Source: Paraspadella gotoi (lineage: Eukaryota; Animalia; Chaetognatha). Taken from it: a stretch of DNA of 64,000 bases. The DNA is taken from positions 5,842,092-5,906,091 of the forward strand of contig CM119266.1 in assembly GCA_051294375.1 (NCBI GenBank). The letters run 5' to 3'. Positions 1-11,227 of the stretch are shown here, one piece after another; position 1 is the first letter of the stretch; each line of letters starts with the position of its first letter. The notes under the pieces are model-generated. The model saw only the letters and a list, made by a program, of their open reading frames with translations, searched no databases and was not told the DNA's origin. The translations under genes were made by a program, and so were the position numbers.

Positions 1-211
1 CTTAAAGGGAATCAAGAATATCTGGGATTTAATAAACTTATCCTTGCGAGATTATTGAACAAAAGCGACGTAATTATAGTTATATTTATACTCAGTTAAT
101 AAACCTCTATTCAATATCATAACAAAGTCTAAGGTATTAATGAAAAGAAACTTATCAACTATCATAAAACTAAGTCGCGCGCCCCCCTTCGTTCTTTTCT
201 TTTCTCCAAAG

Positions 212-487
212 ATGGCGTTCGCCATCTCCGAACCCAAGGATGACGACGACGACGAGGGTCGACAATTGACGTCGCCCGTTGTCGACGACGACGATTACGA
301 CGACGAAAACGACGACCGACGACCTTTAGAGAACGAGTGGAAAAGAGACGCCGACGACGACGAAATAAACGACGACGATCACTCGTTGCCCGTCGAAGTC
401 TCTGTCTCAGCCTCCAACGCTTCGTCGGAGTCCGCGACCCGTTCCGCGGAAGATCGAGAGAGAGCGTTTACGATCGAAGTTCCTCAG
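212..487 (+). CDS. Penultimate exon of an amino-acid transporter (Asp/Glu-rich loop)
   Basis: Acceptor ttttctccaaag|ATG at 212 and donor CCTCAG|gtttgg at 487/488. The 276 nt are phase 0 and join in frame to the exon at 864. GC-rich coding-like island. The gene very likely continues upstream of the window. Confidence 0.75.
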
Positions 488-734
488 GTTTGGTGGCTGA
501 GGGAGAGTGGGCGAGGAAGAGGGCGAGGCGATCGGGAATAACAAGATTCAATTTTAAGGGGAGAGATGGAAAATGTAAAATGGTAAAAAACGAAGTGAAA
601 AGGAAACGAAAGGAAAAGGAAAGTATTAAGTATTGGAATGAGTAAAACGGGGAAAGGATATGGAACGAAAAATGTGTGGCTAAAAAAAAAGAAAAAAGGA
701 AGGTGATTGATCGTTTGACCCAAATTTTAAAATC

Positions 735-814
<80 letters not shown>

Positions 815-863
815 CCTCTTCTTTGCTTTTCCCACTCATTTCCCCCCTTTCTCCCCCAACCAG

Positions 864-1166
864 GCCGTCCCCGACTCCGTCCCCCCATGGAAACGCAACT
901 TTCTCCGCGTCTTCATGGTTTGCCTGACGGCCGGTTTCGCGATGCTACTCAAGAACTACTTCTTCTACCTCAGCGCCTTCACTGGTTCAATCGGCAGCGT
1001 TCTCCTCGCATACATCCTTCCCTGTTACTTTCACATCAAACTCTGTCCCAACGACTTGACGAAGGCAGTCTTCGCCAAGGACGTGGGCATCATGATATTC
1101 GGGGCGGCAGCCGGAGCATTTGGACTTTATTCGGTCATGGGAGAGTTTTTTGGGAAAGGGGATTAA
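864..1166 (+). CDS. Last exon of an AAAP/Aa_trans family amino-acid transporter (SLC36/SLC32/AVT-like), final three TM helices
   Basis: Acceptor ccccaaccag|GCC follows a long (CT)n tract. Translation AVPDSVPPWKRNFLRVFMVCLTAGFAMLLKNYFFYLSAFTGSIGSVLLAYILPCYFHIKL...GEFFGKGD* shows the R..V..T...A / G...L..ILP..FH.KL pattern typical of Aa_trans C-termini. Family recognised by eye; no search run. Confidence 0.8.
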   Translation, partial: AVPDSVPPWKRNFLRVFMVCLTAGFAMLLKNYFFYLSAFTGSIGSVLLAYILPCYFHIKLCPNDLTKAVFAKDVGIMIFGAAAGAFGLYSVMGEFFGKGD

Positions 1167-3070
1167 GGTGGTTATTGGAGGTTGTGAACCCGGTGGTGGA
1201 ATCGGAGTGAAATCGGGGGTTTAACTCGGAAGGATGCGGAGTGAAGTCGGTTTGGAATCGTATTGGGGGGGTGACGGCGGAGGCTGTGAGATAATTTAGA
1301 AGTGATTAAAGGCGTGGGTGAGTTTCAGAACTGCAAGGTAAGAGTATTGGCCGAGTTTTTGTTTTGGTAAAAAAGTTTTGTGTCTTTTGGCAACTCGTGT
1401 TGACCGCGGTCATCAATATTATTTGTGACTGAGGTTATCTTGATGACCGAAGTCAACTCGAGTCGCCATAGTATTGCAAAAGTGAAACGTTTAAACTATT
1501 TTCATCTTGTCTTATGATTGAGTACTAGGAACGAAATGAGTTCAGTAACAAAACGATTGGAAGAAACGAACTTTTACTAAAAATTGTTATTTTAAGTTTA
1601 AACAGAGATTAAACTTGAACAAAGAGAGATTTTTAGAAAGATTTTCCAAATCTTTTTACATAAACATTGATTTTCGCCACGCGAATGTGAATATATATCG
1701 AACAAATTTAATTTACTTTTTTCTCCCTAAATTTCTGTATCAGTTTATATGAGTTGTTATTCTTTGATTCGTTGATAAATGTTACAATTACTATCCAGTT
1801 ATTAAAATCGGTGTTTAGATGCTCTTTTAATTTATACAATTTATACTGTTATCATACAATTATATCGTGTTACATCATGTCTTACCCGAGTTCGTTTCGT
1901 TTTTGCCCGAGAAAAGAAGTTCGTCTGAAAATTAAAGGAATTTAATTATGTAGTTTTATCTTTATTTATGATAAAAACTTCATCGACCATCCACAGTAAA
2001 TAATAGTAATGAAAAGTTTCTTTACGAATTTTGCAATTTTGCCCAAAAAAAAAAAAAATTTCCATGATGAAGATAATTTTAAAAAAATCATCTCACCGTT
2101 TAGGTTAAAGATTAAGGGTCAAAGTTCGAAATAATAATTAGGTATTAGGGTTGAGCATTGTGAAGAAAATAGTACGCTGTGGCAACAACAACGCTCGACC
2201 TCATGAGATCAACAACTCTTTCTCTCAATCTCTCCCAACTGCATCAACGCCTCGCCTGCTTATAATTTACCGTCTCTCTTTCTCTCATACATTTCGATTG
2301 AACTATCCAATATCCAGTATCCATCTCCCGTGCAGCCAATTTTCACTGATCTTTTTTGTGTTATTTTTTTATCGTAATCTGGAAAGAGGACGAATCTCTA
2401 ATCCTTATTTTCTACTCGTTAAGAAACGTCGTTCTTGCTTCCAAATCCCGTTTTTCGTCTTTCCGATAAATATTTTTTTTGATAATAGTTTCTAAAAATT
2501 AGAAAATTCTTATTCTTCAAGAAGCATATGTTAAACAGTTCGAGTGGGCGACGTTTTGAAAATTGTTTCCGCTAGCGTGAGAGAAAGATTGAGTAATAAA
2601 TTAATAATATAATATGATTGAGAAAAAGATTGAGTTATGAAGTTAGGAAATTATTCGGGTTAAATTTTAAGATTAAAATTAAGCCATTGAAGTGTCTTCT
2701 GTCACGCGTTGTGACTCACCCGTGACTCACTCGCGTTGTGACTCACCCTGACAATGACGAAAATGGACTTGGACGATGAGACCAGAATTACGAACCAGAG
2801 TCTCTTTGCACAAACCGTAGTTGAATACCAACGGACGCAATTCGAGGTTCGGATCTGTGAGAGAAGTTGGTGAATGGCGAAGAGGTGAGGGAATAAATCG
2901 TTTACTAACATTTGGACTTGTGCATTTGTGATCACTACCTGTGATATTTGTATTTATGGATAGTCGTGATATTTTAAAAATGTGAAAGTGTCGATGAACG
3001 AAATTAAAGTATTGCGTTAATGAAGAATTGAGTACTTGTCATGAAAATTTGCGTAATTGTAAAATTAATA

Positions 3071-3221
3071 TTGGTACAACCGATAAATAAATTATTCTTT
3101 CATCAAACAAACTCGGTGTATGTCGCCGCCTAACATTGGAAAGGTTATTGAGGTCTAAAATATCCATTACTCTAACAATATCATATCAAGAACCTGTAAC
3201 CTTACAATCAAGACTCTCTCA
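3071..3221 (+). mobile_element. Dispersed ~215-bp repeat family A, degenerate copy
   Basis: Shares ttggtacaacc... and caatcaagactctctca with the copies at 25925-26141 and 35524-35737. Confidence 0.5.
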
Positions 3222-3525
3222 AAATCTAGTTCTTAGCTCTCAGCGTGAGACCTTTTCACATTGACAGTTAAGATTCACCGTAAATTGCTTTCTTTGAGTC
3301 GATGTTGATCGGTGATTGGGCGTCTCCGATTTCGTCCACCAGCGTCAATGTCCATTCTGTTGATCACGTGACAATGTGAATTAATGTTTAGAAGTAAGGA
3401 TGACGTAAATCTTATACTCGAGCTTTGGCTTTTAAAAAGACAACACAAGTATCTCTGTCCCTTATACTTAAATTAAATATTTCATTTTATAAAATAGTTT
3501 TTAAAAGTAAAAATTATCATGATAT

Positions 3526-3666
3526 TGGTACAACCAATGCAAAGTTTATTCATTAAATAAGATATCTTGCTCTTAACTTTTGTACAGGCTATGTGGGGAG
3601 TTAAAGGCTCCATACCTCTTACAAGATTAGTAGTATGTCACCGCAAGCTTTCACTTAAGACACTCT
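3526..3666 (+). mobile_element. Dispersed repeat family A copy
   Basis: ttggtacaaccaat...taacttttgtacaggctatg...ctcttacaaga...gcaagctttcac matches the other copies. Confidence 0.6.
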
Positions 3667-4642
3667 TTTATTTTGAAAGGTTCACGAAAATTTGCATTTT
3701 CATGACTACGTCTCAAATTGTACGTACATAGATAGAAAAGGGAATAAGCGATTAAACCTTAATTTATCGGAAAATTGACAAAACTTATTTAGAGATCTAA
3801 ATGAAGCGATATCTCGTGAGGATGAAAATGAAAAGGAAAAAAATCGTGAATCTGATGGCGAAGACAAACAGAGAGAGAGAGAGAGAGAGAGAGAGGAATC
3901 GATTTGAAGGGCGGAATGAAGGGGACAGGGAGAAGGGCGGGTCGAGAGATGAATAAGGGACTGAAAAGTGAAAGCGAGCGAATAGAGAGACAGAGACAGA
4001 GACAGACAGAGAGAGACAGAGAGACACGCACCCGAACGCCTCGAGCTTCCAATCGTTTAGGCAGATGTCAACACAAAAGAGACAAAAGTGAACAAAAACA
4101 GATGATGTCTGTCCCGAGGCGAAGTTAGACGAAAATAGGGTCACCCTCAAGCGTCGCCCTTCTCCGCCACAACCCCCCCCCCTTGGAATGCGTTCCCCCC
4201 CTCTCCTTCTCCCCCCCCCTCCTTGCAAAAACGTAGCTGTGTTGAAATTAATGTAAAAGCGAGTGGTTGTCGGAAGATATGTGAACTCTTGACTCAAGCT
4301 TTAGAATTAAATGCATGGGGAAAGTTATTTAAAGGCTAATTGGAAAGCTTGGAGAGCCTGGATTGTTTTATCTCCCTTTACGTTACCTTATATTACTTAC
4401 TATGATCGAAATTAAGTCCATATTTAAGCTAATTTATCATTCAATAGACTTGGGTTTCTATCTGACCACTCATCAGCCGCCTTCGTCTATTTTGACCAAT
4501 TTACTTTCACCCTTAATCTAATTTACATATTGCTGTAATTTAAAACTTTGTTTAATATTGGGAGAATTGGAATTAAATCTTAGTCTTTAATATAATTTAT
4601 CTCTTCTTTCAAACGGCCCGCAGTGGCGAAAATCGCCAAGAA

Positions 4643-4860
4643 ATGAAGTGGTTTCTCCTACTTTTTCTTCCTCCTTCACTGTTTCTTTTGCTAATGCGAA
4701 CGGCGCCCGCGGCGGCGGATGAGGCGGCGTCGGCGGCGGCGACGGCGGCGGCGGCGGCGACCGCTGCCCGAAAAAAGCGCCTCATCCCGCCCGCGAATTC
4801 GAGGCTCTCGCGATACAAAGGAAATCATGTTTACATCGAATCGAATTTCGATAAAACAGA

Positions 4861-4894
<34 letters not shown>

Positions 4895-4927
4895 GTCGGA
4901 GAGAGAGCTGATAGAGATGAGGGCTAA
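4643..4927 (+). CDS. Candidate small secreted precursor (signal-peptide-like N-terminus, Ala-rich spacer, RKKR site); 3' end unresolved
   Basis: MKWFLLLFLPPSLFLLLMRTAPAAA-DEAASAAATAAAAATAA-RKKR-LIPPANSRLSRYK lies in a GC-rich island. The ORF then runs into (CT)n. No clear donor and no recognised homology. Confidence 0.3.
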
Positions 4928-5010
4928 AAAGAAAAGATAAGCAGAAAATAAGAAAGATAAAATTCGCAAGAGAAATGATGTTTGAAGAGCAAGACTCTTC
5001 CCTCCTTCTG

Positions 5011-5137
5011 AAATTGGTACAACCAATATAGAAATTATCCAATTAGCCATCTTGTCCCTGACTTTGGACAGGCTATGGTGCTTTAAGAAATTAAACTCAC
5101 TAATAAGATAATAGCATAGCAGGACCCTGCAAACTTT
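5011..5137 (+). mobile_element. Dispersed repeat family A copy
   Basis: aaattggtacaaccaatata...actttggacaggctatggtg...catagcaggaccctgcaaacttt. Confidence 0.65.
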
Positions 5138-6132
5138 GTTGTCACTGTCGTTTTCTTTGGATTTTAGTTTCAAGAATGACGCGAAATTATGTCATATAAC
5201 AATTATGAGATATTTCGTAGTTTATTAGGTTTTAAAAAAGTAAAAAAATTAGGACTGACTCAGGTTATTGGAAATAGTTCATCACATGGAACTTCATAAG
5301 CCTTGGAGACGATTATAATCACCGTCAATCCTATTGATTTATGAAACCCCTTTTTTTTCTTTTATTTTTTTTTAATCAAAGATTTTACATTTTATCGTCC
5401 GTTCAAATTTTTTTTGCACTTATGAGTTGAATTCAAATTATTACGAATTCTTTGCAAATTTGTTTTAAAAATAAAAACCCGAATTGCTTATGTCATTTTA
5501 GGAGCGAAAACCGAGCTTTGGGAATATGTGGTCCAAATTATTGAAAAAAATCAGATATTGTACCCCCTAAAAAATGATGCAAATGGCACGAAATTTCCGG
5601 TAAAATTTTTTTAACGTTAGAAGTTAAGAAGAAATTGAACTAGTATACGTGTATATGACCTAGATATTCTAGCAGAGGCGGGATAACCTGTGGCTTGTGG
5701 GTACCCGGGGTACCTCGGACAACCAGCACGGTAACATTTCGACTCCGTCATAAAGCGGAAGGCCGTGGAATTGAACTCGTGTCGTTTAATTAAGCTTGTA
5801 TTGTATGAAAATTTGCAAATTACTTGTTTCACTATTTTCTATTTTTATATTTTATGAAGGATTTACTATTTAATCTATATTCTTTAAATATATATATGTA
5901 TTGCTTTCTTAAAAAATATTTTACTTAACAATATATGTAACTATGTTACTATGCTAACATTGTTACCCCGCACGTTTACATCGGATAAAGCGAAAGCAAT
6001 CGCATCTCTTTCTGCCGTTCAGTCCGATGCATAATTGGTAGTCATTTTTATTCATTTTTATTCCTCGCAACATTTTCATTACGAACTGACAAAAGTTAAA
6101 CATTTAAAAGGTTACAAAATAAACAAACAAAT

Positions 6133-6390
6133 TTAAAAAGAAACACCGAGACACTCGTCAAACGAACCTGTATCGTCGAAGTCATCTTCTTCGTTATCCG
6201 ACGAAACTCCGGCATATCGAACGATCTTAGGCGCTTTTCGAAATCTCGTCTTGACCGAACTTTGCGAATTCGTTGTGACCGAACTTTGCTGATTCGACTC
6301 GGGCGAACTTTGCTGAGTCGTCGTCGTCGAACTCGGCGCGACGGTTTCGTCCGAAACCTTTAAGGTTCGTCTGAACCAACTGCGCGACAT
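6133..6390 (-). CDS. Orphan 85-aa ORF (Ser/Thr/Gln-rich, acidic C-terminus)
   Basis: MSRSWFRRTLKVSDETVAPSSTTTTQQSSPESNQQSSVTTNSQSSVKTRFRKAPKIVRYAGVSSDNEEDDFDDTGSFDECLGVSF* coincides with a GC-richer island in very AT-rich flanks. No homology recognised. Confidence 0.3.
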   Translation of the reverse strand: MSRSWFRRTLKVSDETVAPSSTTTTQQSSPESNQQSSVTTNSQSSVKTRFRKAPKIVRYAGVSSDNEEDDFDDTGSFDECLGVSF

Positions 6391-7580
6391 TGTCAGTTGC
6401 GTGACTTTTGTTTTAAATTTTATTTTTTTTAAAAATGTTGAATAATCCCTCAATTCGTGATATTTTGTATACATATATTTTATATATCATTTAGTGTTTC
6501 CATCGGGTCTCGTTTCATCGCCATGCCACTTCCGCTGCCGCGCATGTATGTTCCACCAATGACGTTGCCCGCGTACGAGATCGAGGGATCGACCAATCAG
6601 ATTTCGACTTTCGTCAGGTGACTGAAGGTAATCGAGAAATATATTTAACCAATCGTATGTAAACACATCGTGGACTTATAATTAATCGGACGCGAACAAG
6701 ATTTCTATTCAAATTAGGAAATAATAAATTTAGTTGAAATTAAAACAGCTTTTTCAAGATAATACAAATCAGTGGGAAATAAAATCTACCTAGAAGTTAA
6801 ACTATTTCATACTTCAAGTAGCGCACCAAATAAATTATATTAATTTATAAAATACCTAAATATCTAAATTGGAGTAACATTGCTATTTTGTTTATTTTTG
6901 TACTCTACTGGAATAGAAAGGAGCCAGTAAAAACAATTGAACTTTTTCCTGAATATAAATTTTTATATTAAATTTACTATTAATAATTTCTAATACTATC
7001 AAATACTGTTATTATTGACACTATTAATTACTCCACTCGGTAATGAGGCGTTTAATGGAATTGTCGAATTTTTTAGACAAACTTCAATGCCAAAATCTTT
7101 AAACTCTCTTCATTAATTCAGCAATCATTCCCGCAATGGAGGTGACGTAGGGCTCTGACCAGCCACAGCTCTAGTTACTGACCCATCTGTAATTTTAAAC
7201 TCACCTAAATGGCCGATATCGAATGGAATGGGCAAGCCGAACTTCCTTCCCATTGTAACGACGAAACTGAAATGATTAATCTTTTGTTTTTTACATCTTA
7301 TTTTTTTCTGCCATCTAGTGACCGTTTTGATTAAACAAAGTTAGATGATCATTTTTTTGGAGATCAATGACTTGACTTAAGTTAAGTTAAGTCTTAACTT
7401 AACTTAACTTAACTTTCATACTCGTATTTTCTAAAAGTTTTATCAGATTTTCGTGTTGTAATGTACGATAATTAACTAATTTCTAATTTCCTCGATTCTG
7501 ATTTTAGATTATCTTTTTAATGCATTGAACGTGGCGAATAACGATAAAATAAATTTTAAAAAATACCTCTGAGAGCAACA

Positions 7581-7613
7581 TACAGTATCGGNNNNNNNNN
7601 NACCGATACTGTA
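7581..7613. mobile_element. Probable Tc1/mariner-type element ends (TA-CAGT TIRs) with the interior collapsed into a 10-N gap
   Basis: ta-cagtatcgg-NNNNNNNNNN-a-ccgatactg-ta: a perfect inverted repeat flanked by TA on both sides. Confidence 0.5.
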
Positions 7614-9152
7614 CCTATTCCAGCATCAATGTTTATCAAATTTAATAGTTTGATTGTCAAGATTTAACTAAAAACACTTAATCAGACCAAAAAACAAAGA
7701 AAACTATCTGAGAAACAAATCACTGAGTGAGGAAAAAACAACTTTGATTTATTACGTTCACGTTGGATTTTATTACAGCAAAAGAAACAAAAAAAAAACA
7801 AAAAACAGAGGTGCCAAAGAGAAACAAATCAACAACAACAAAGTGTCAATCACACACCGTCGATCTTCAAAGATCGAAAATATTTAAAACCGACATTTCA
7901 TTTCGCAAAAAATAGAAGCAACAAGAACAGAGCCTCAATATCTGATTAATCTAATGAAATTAATTTTTTTTTAAATTTAATAATCACAGCGATGGGTTAC
8001 TAACAATAATTTAGGCCTTTCGAACCTTCATTTTTCGAATTTCACGAGTTATTTTTTAATCTGCAAATAGATTTTTCTCATAGCTTGTTTTTGCCAAAGA
8101 AAGCTTTGTATGTATAATGTCATGCCTCAGGAGGATAAAATGTTTAATAGGCCAACGGGATTATTTTTCATAAATGTCGATTTTTTTAATAAACGATTTT
8201 TTTTAAGAATAGGCATCCATATTATTAGTTAGATGTTTCTTGTTTAAAAAAAAAAAATAATAACGTCTATGTATCTCTAAAAGGTTAAGCTATAAGCTAA
8301 ATAAAAAAATAAAAATAGTTATTAATTCCTAACTCCAAGGGAAGGGAAGAAAGGGAAAAAGAAGATAGGAAAAAGAAGAAAGAGGAAAATGTTAAAAATA
8401 AAAATAGAAAAGGAAAGGAGAAAAGGAAAGGAATTATTAAGAGAAGAAAATGGTCTAAGGAAAAGGGAGGAAAGAAAAGGAAAATAATGGACGAAAAAGG
8501 AGAAAAAGGCAAAGAGATTAAGAGGTGAATAAGAGATGAATTAAGAGGAAAGAGATTAAGAGACTATTAAGAGATTAGGAGAGGTGATTGTTAAGATTGG
8601 TAATAAAGGGTTGGAGGTTTGTGGAGAAAGGAGTATCTTACTAATCAGTGATCGGTAAGAGGAAGAGGAAAGAGGAAAGAATAAGGTTTAAGGGTCGTGG
8701 AGCAGGAAGAGGAGGGAGGAAGAGGAAGAATAGGGTTTAAGGATCGGGAGGAGTAGGAGGAGGGAGGAAGAAGGAGAATAGGGTTTAAGGGTCGTGAGGA
8801 GGAAGAGGAGGGAGGAAGAGGAAGAATAGGAGGAGTCTGCAGAAAACCCAGGAGAAAATAAGGTTAATATTAGGGAAGATATATAATGGAAGAAGAGACA
8901 CTATTTTCCGAAAGAGCCCTATTTCAGTTGCTTAATCCTTACTTAATTTAAACATATTATAGAAACCTGAGTTTTTGCCAAATTTAAACCTAACCCCTAA
9001 CCTTACTCTGTGACCTAAACCATTTTAACTTGAGCTTTAAACCTGAAAACTAACTTTTAGTAAATAGGGCCGAGGAAGGGCGAGAAAAAGAAGAAAAAGA
9101 AACAAATAAGAAAAAGAAATTAAAGAAAATGTAAAAACCCAAACAAAAAAAA

Positions 9153-9597
9153 CTAGATGGCGTAGCGTCTATAATTATTGTAACTCGATCCGCCGTTGAG
9201 GGCGCCACCGCTAAAGGCGCTGGCGCCGCCGAGGACGCCGTTTGACGCCGCGGCGCCGTAGGATTTCATCGGGATCATGGACATGAGGGAGGAAGAGGAG
9301 GAGGAGGTGCCGTTGAGATGCGGATGCAGGTGCAGAGTCGACGAAGGCATCGACGGTCGACTCGACGACAGATGCCGACCCGCGACGCCGTTGGTCGACG
9401 AGGAGGGCAGGTGTCGACCGGCGACGCCGTTGGTAGAAGAGGAAGACGACAGGTGGCGCCCGGCGACGCCGTTCGACGCCGACGCCGACGACGAGAGGGT
9501 GCTGGCGTCGAGGTGAGTTAGGTAAGGATTCTTTCGCGCGGAGGAAGAGGAGGAGGAGGAGGAGGAGCCGGCGAAGGAGGAGGAGTGAGACACGCCT
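9153..9597 (-). CDS. Atypical dual-specificity phosphatase, last exon (Ser/Gly-rich tail)
   Basis: Acceptor cccttccactccag|A at 9597; its phase 2 matches the donor at 10179. Encodes GVSHSSS...(NGVAGRHL)x3...YNNYRRYAI*. Confidence 0.75.
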
Positions 9598-10178
9598 CTG
9601 GAGTGGAAGGGAGGGTTGGGTGGTGAGGGTAGAATCAAGGTGGGGGTTTTAAGTGGTTATATTAAATTTAACTATTAGGGTTTATAAAACTCCTTTACTC
9701 TCACATCCGAAACTGTGATTATTAATCACGTGGTTAATAAATAAATAAAAAAATCAAGAAACATCTTTACTATATATTTAAGCGTTCAGTTAATCAGATT
9801 ATCCGATAATCAGATAATCCGTGATTAATTGATCCAAAAGCAAAACATTTAATAATTTAAAAAACTTGATATATTTTTTTAAGTGTTGAGTGTAAAGTCA
9901 AAAAGACTCGCTCCCGTGAGGCTTTAAAACGATATATATTTCACGGTTTGAACAAAACGTTCGGTCATTTTACCCGTTTTCCTCTACAGTAGAAACGCCG
10001 TTTTTTTCTTCTTTCTTTCCGTCTTTACTGTATTCAAATTTAAATTAAGTCATCGTATTGATTCACGTTTAACTTAACTCGATATCGGCCTCAAAATGTA
10101 CCTTAGATTCTAAGTTAGAAATCAATATCAATATCAAATTTTGATCAGCGCGGGATAATATGAATCAAATCTTCGAAC

Positions 10179-10309
10179 CTGGAGACGGAGGTCGAAGGCG
10201 CGTGGAGTCTGTCTCTCTTGAAGACGAGTCGATTGTTCAACTCGACCAACTGCTGCAAGAATCCTTCGTTGGGACAAACGTTCCTCTTTCTTCGGACACT
10301 AGAGAGTGC
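10179..10309 (-). CDS. DUSP exon (C-terminal helix of the catalytic domain)
   Basis: cctttgaccag|ALSSVRRKRNVCPNEGFLQQLVELNNRL...SVSR|gttcga. The R...PN.GFLQQL motif is characteristic of DUSPs. Confidence 0.9.
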
Positions 10310-10570
10310 CTGGTCAAAGGGGGGAGGGGACAAAAGAGCATCCGTAGAGGAAACCAAAATAAAAATAGACATCTGGCGGGAAACAGTACCACTATGTTTA
10401 TTGAAAAACAAAGGAACAGAAGCCATTGAAAACACGCAAAAACTAGTAACAATTTTGACTGCTTAAAAGGATAAGTTTATTTTTTGGGGTTGCGTTAAAT
10501 CGATAATTATTATTAAATAGATATTAAATCCAAAATATAAATTAATAATAAATCATTTTTATCCCGTCAC

Positions 10571-10665
10571 CTGCACAGCAGAGTAGGATTTCCTGAGCAT
10601 GAGATACGCGCAGACGATGGTGGACGACCGCGAGATGCCTTGAACGCAGTGAACGTAGATTCGAC
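10571..10665 (-). CDS. DUSP catalytic exon (HCxxGxSRS P-loop)
   Basis: ttatctcag|(G)RIYVHCVQGISRSSTIVCAYLMLRKSYSAVQ|gtgacg. 95 nt; phases fit both neighbours. Not in the ORF track. Confidence 0.95.
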
Positions 10666-11044
10666 CTGAGATAAACTTTGTTTCTTTATTTCTTTGTTAC
10701 TTTTTGTTAGTTTGTTTGTTTATTAATATTTATTTTTTTGTTGGCTTTGTTTTATCGAAAATTCGTTTAAATTGGTAAATTGAAAAAAAAATGTATTTAA
10801 TCTCGATCTTCCAAAGTAGTGTAGAGATATTTCCCCCTTTTCCCCCCATTTATTTTGTTTGCCTTTTGTTATTTACCGTTTGCTTGCCTCTTGGGGTTGC
10901 AGTGGGTACATCACAACTTCGATATTTAAGCGTAAAATAATCCCAGATGACCAGATTCCCGGTTAATCCACATTGTCTCATAATTAACAAAACCAGAACC
11001 ACTTTCTACTGCGACTCATGGCTTCCAATTGAGACTTTTTGTTA

Positions 11045-11227
11045 AATATTATTCCACTTCATTGATAAGGAAGCCCGGTACTCCGGGAGTGAATGAACGG
11101 GACTGAGAGAGAGTCTTGATTGAAAGCTTTCGGGGACCTAAAACCACCAAAGCCTGTCCAAAGTCAGGGGCAAGATAGCTTATTTATTAAATTAATAGAT
11201 CCTTTTCTATATTGGTTGTACAAATTT
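11045..11227 (-). mobile_element. Dispersed repeat family A copy (intronic, internally deleted)
   Basis: ccacttcattgataaggaagcccggtactccgggagt...gagtcttgattgaaagct...ccaccaaagcctgtccaaagt...atattggttgtacaaattt. Confidence 0.7.

Noticed and set aside
1388-1468. SECIS element in the transporter 3'UTR
   Set aside because: There is no properly placed AUGA/GA quartet with apical AA, and no in-frame UGA in the visible exons.
2754-2873. 39-codon ORF MTKMDLDDETRITNQ...ERSW
   Set aside because: It is too short and has no recognisable motif or supported splice partner.
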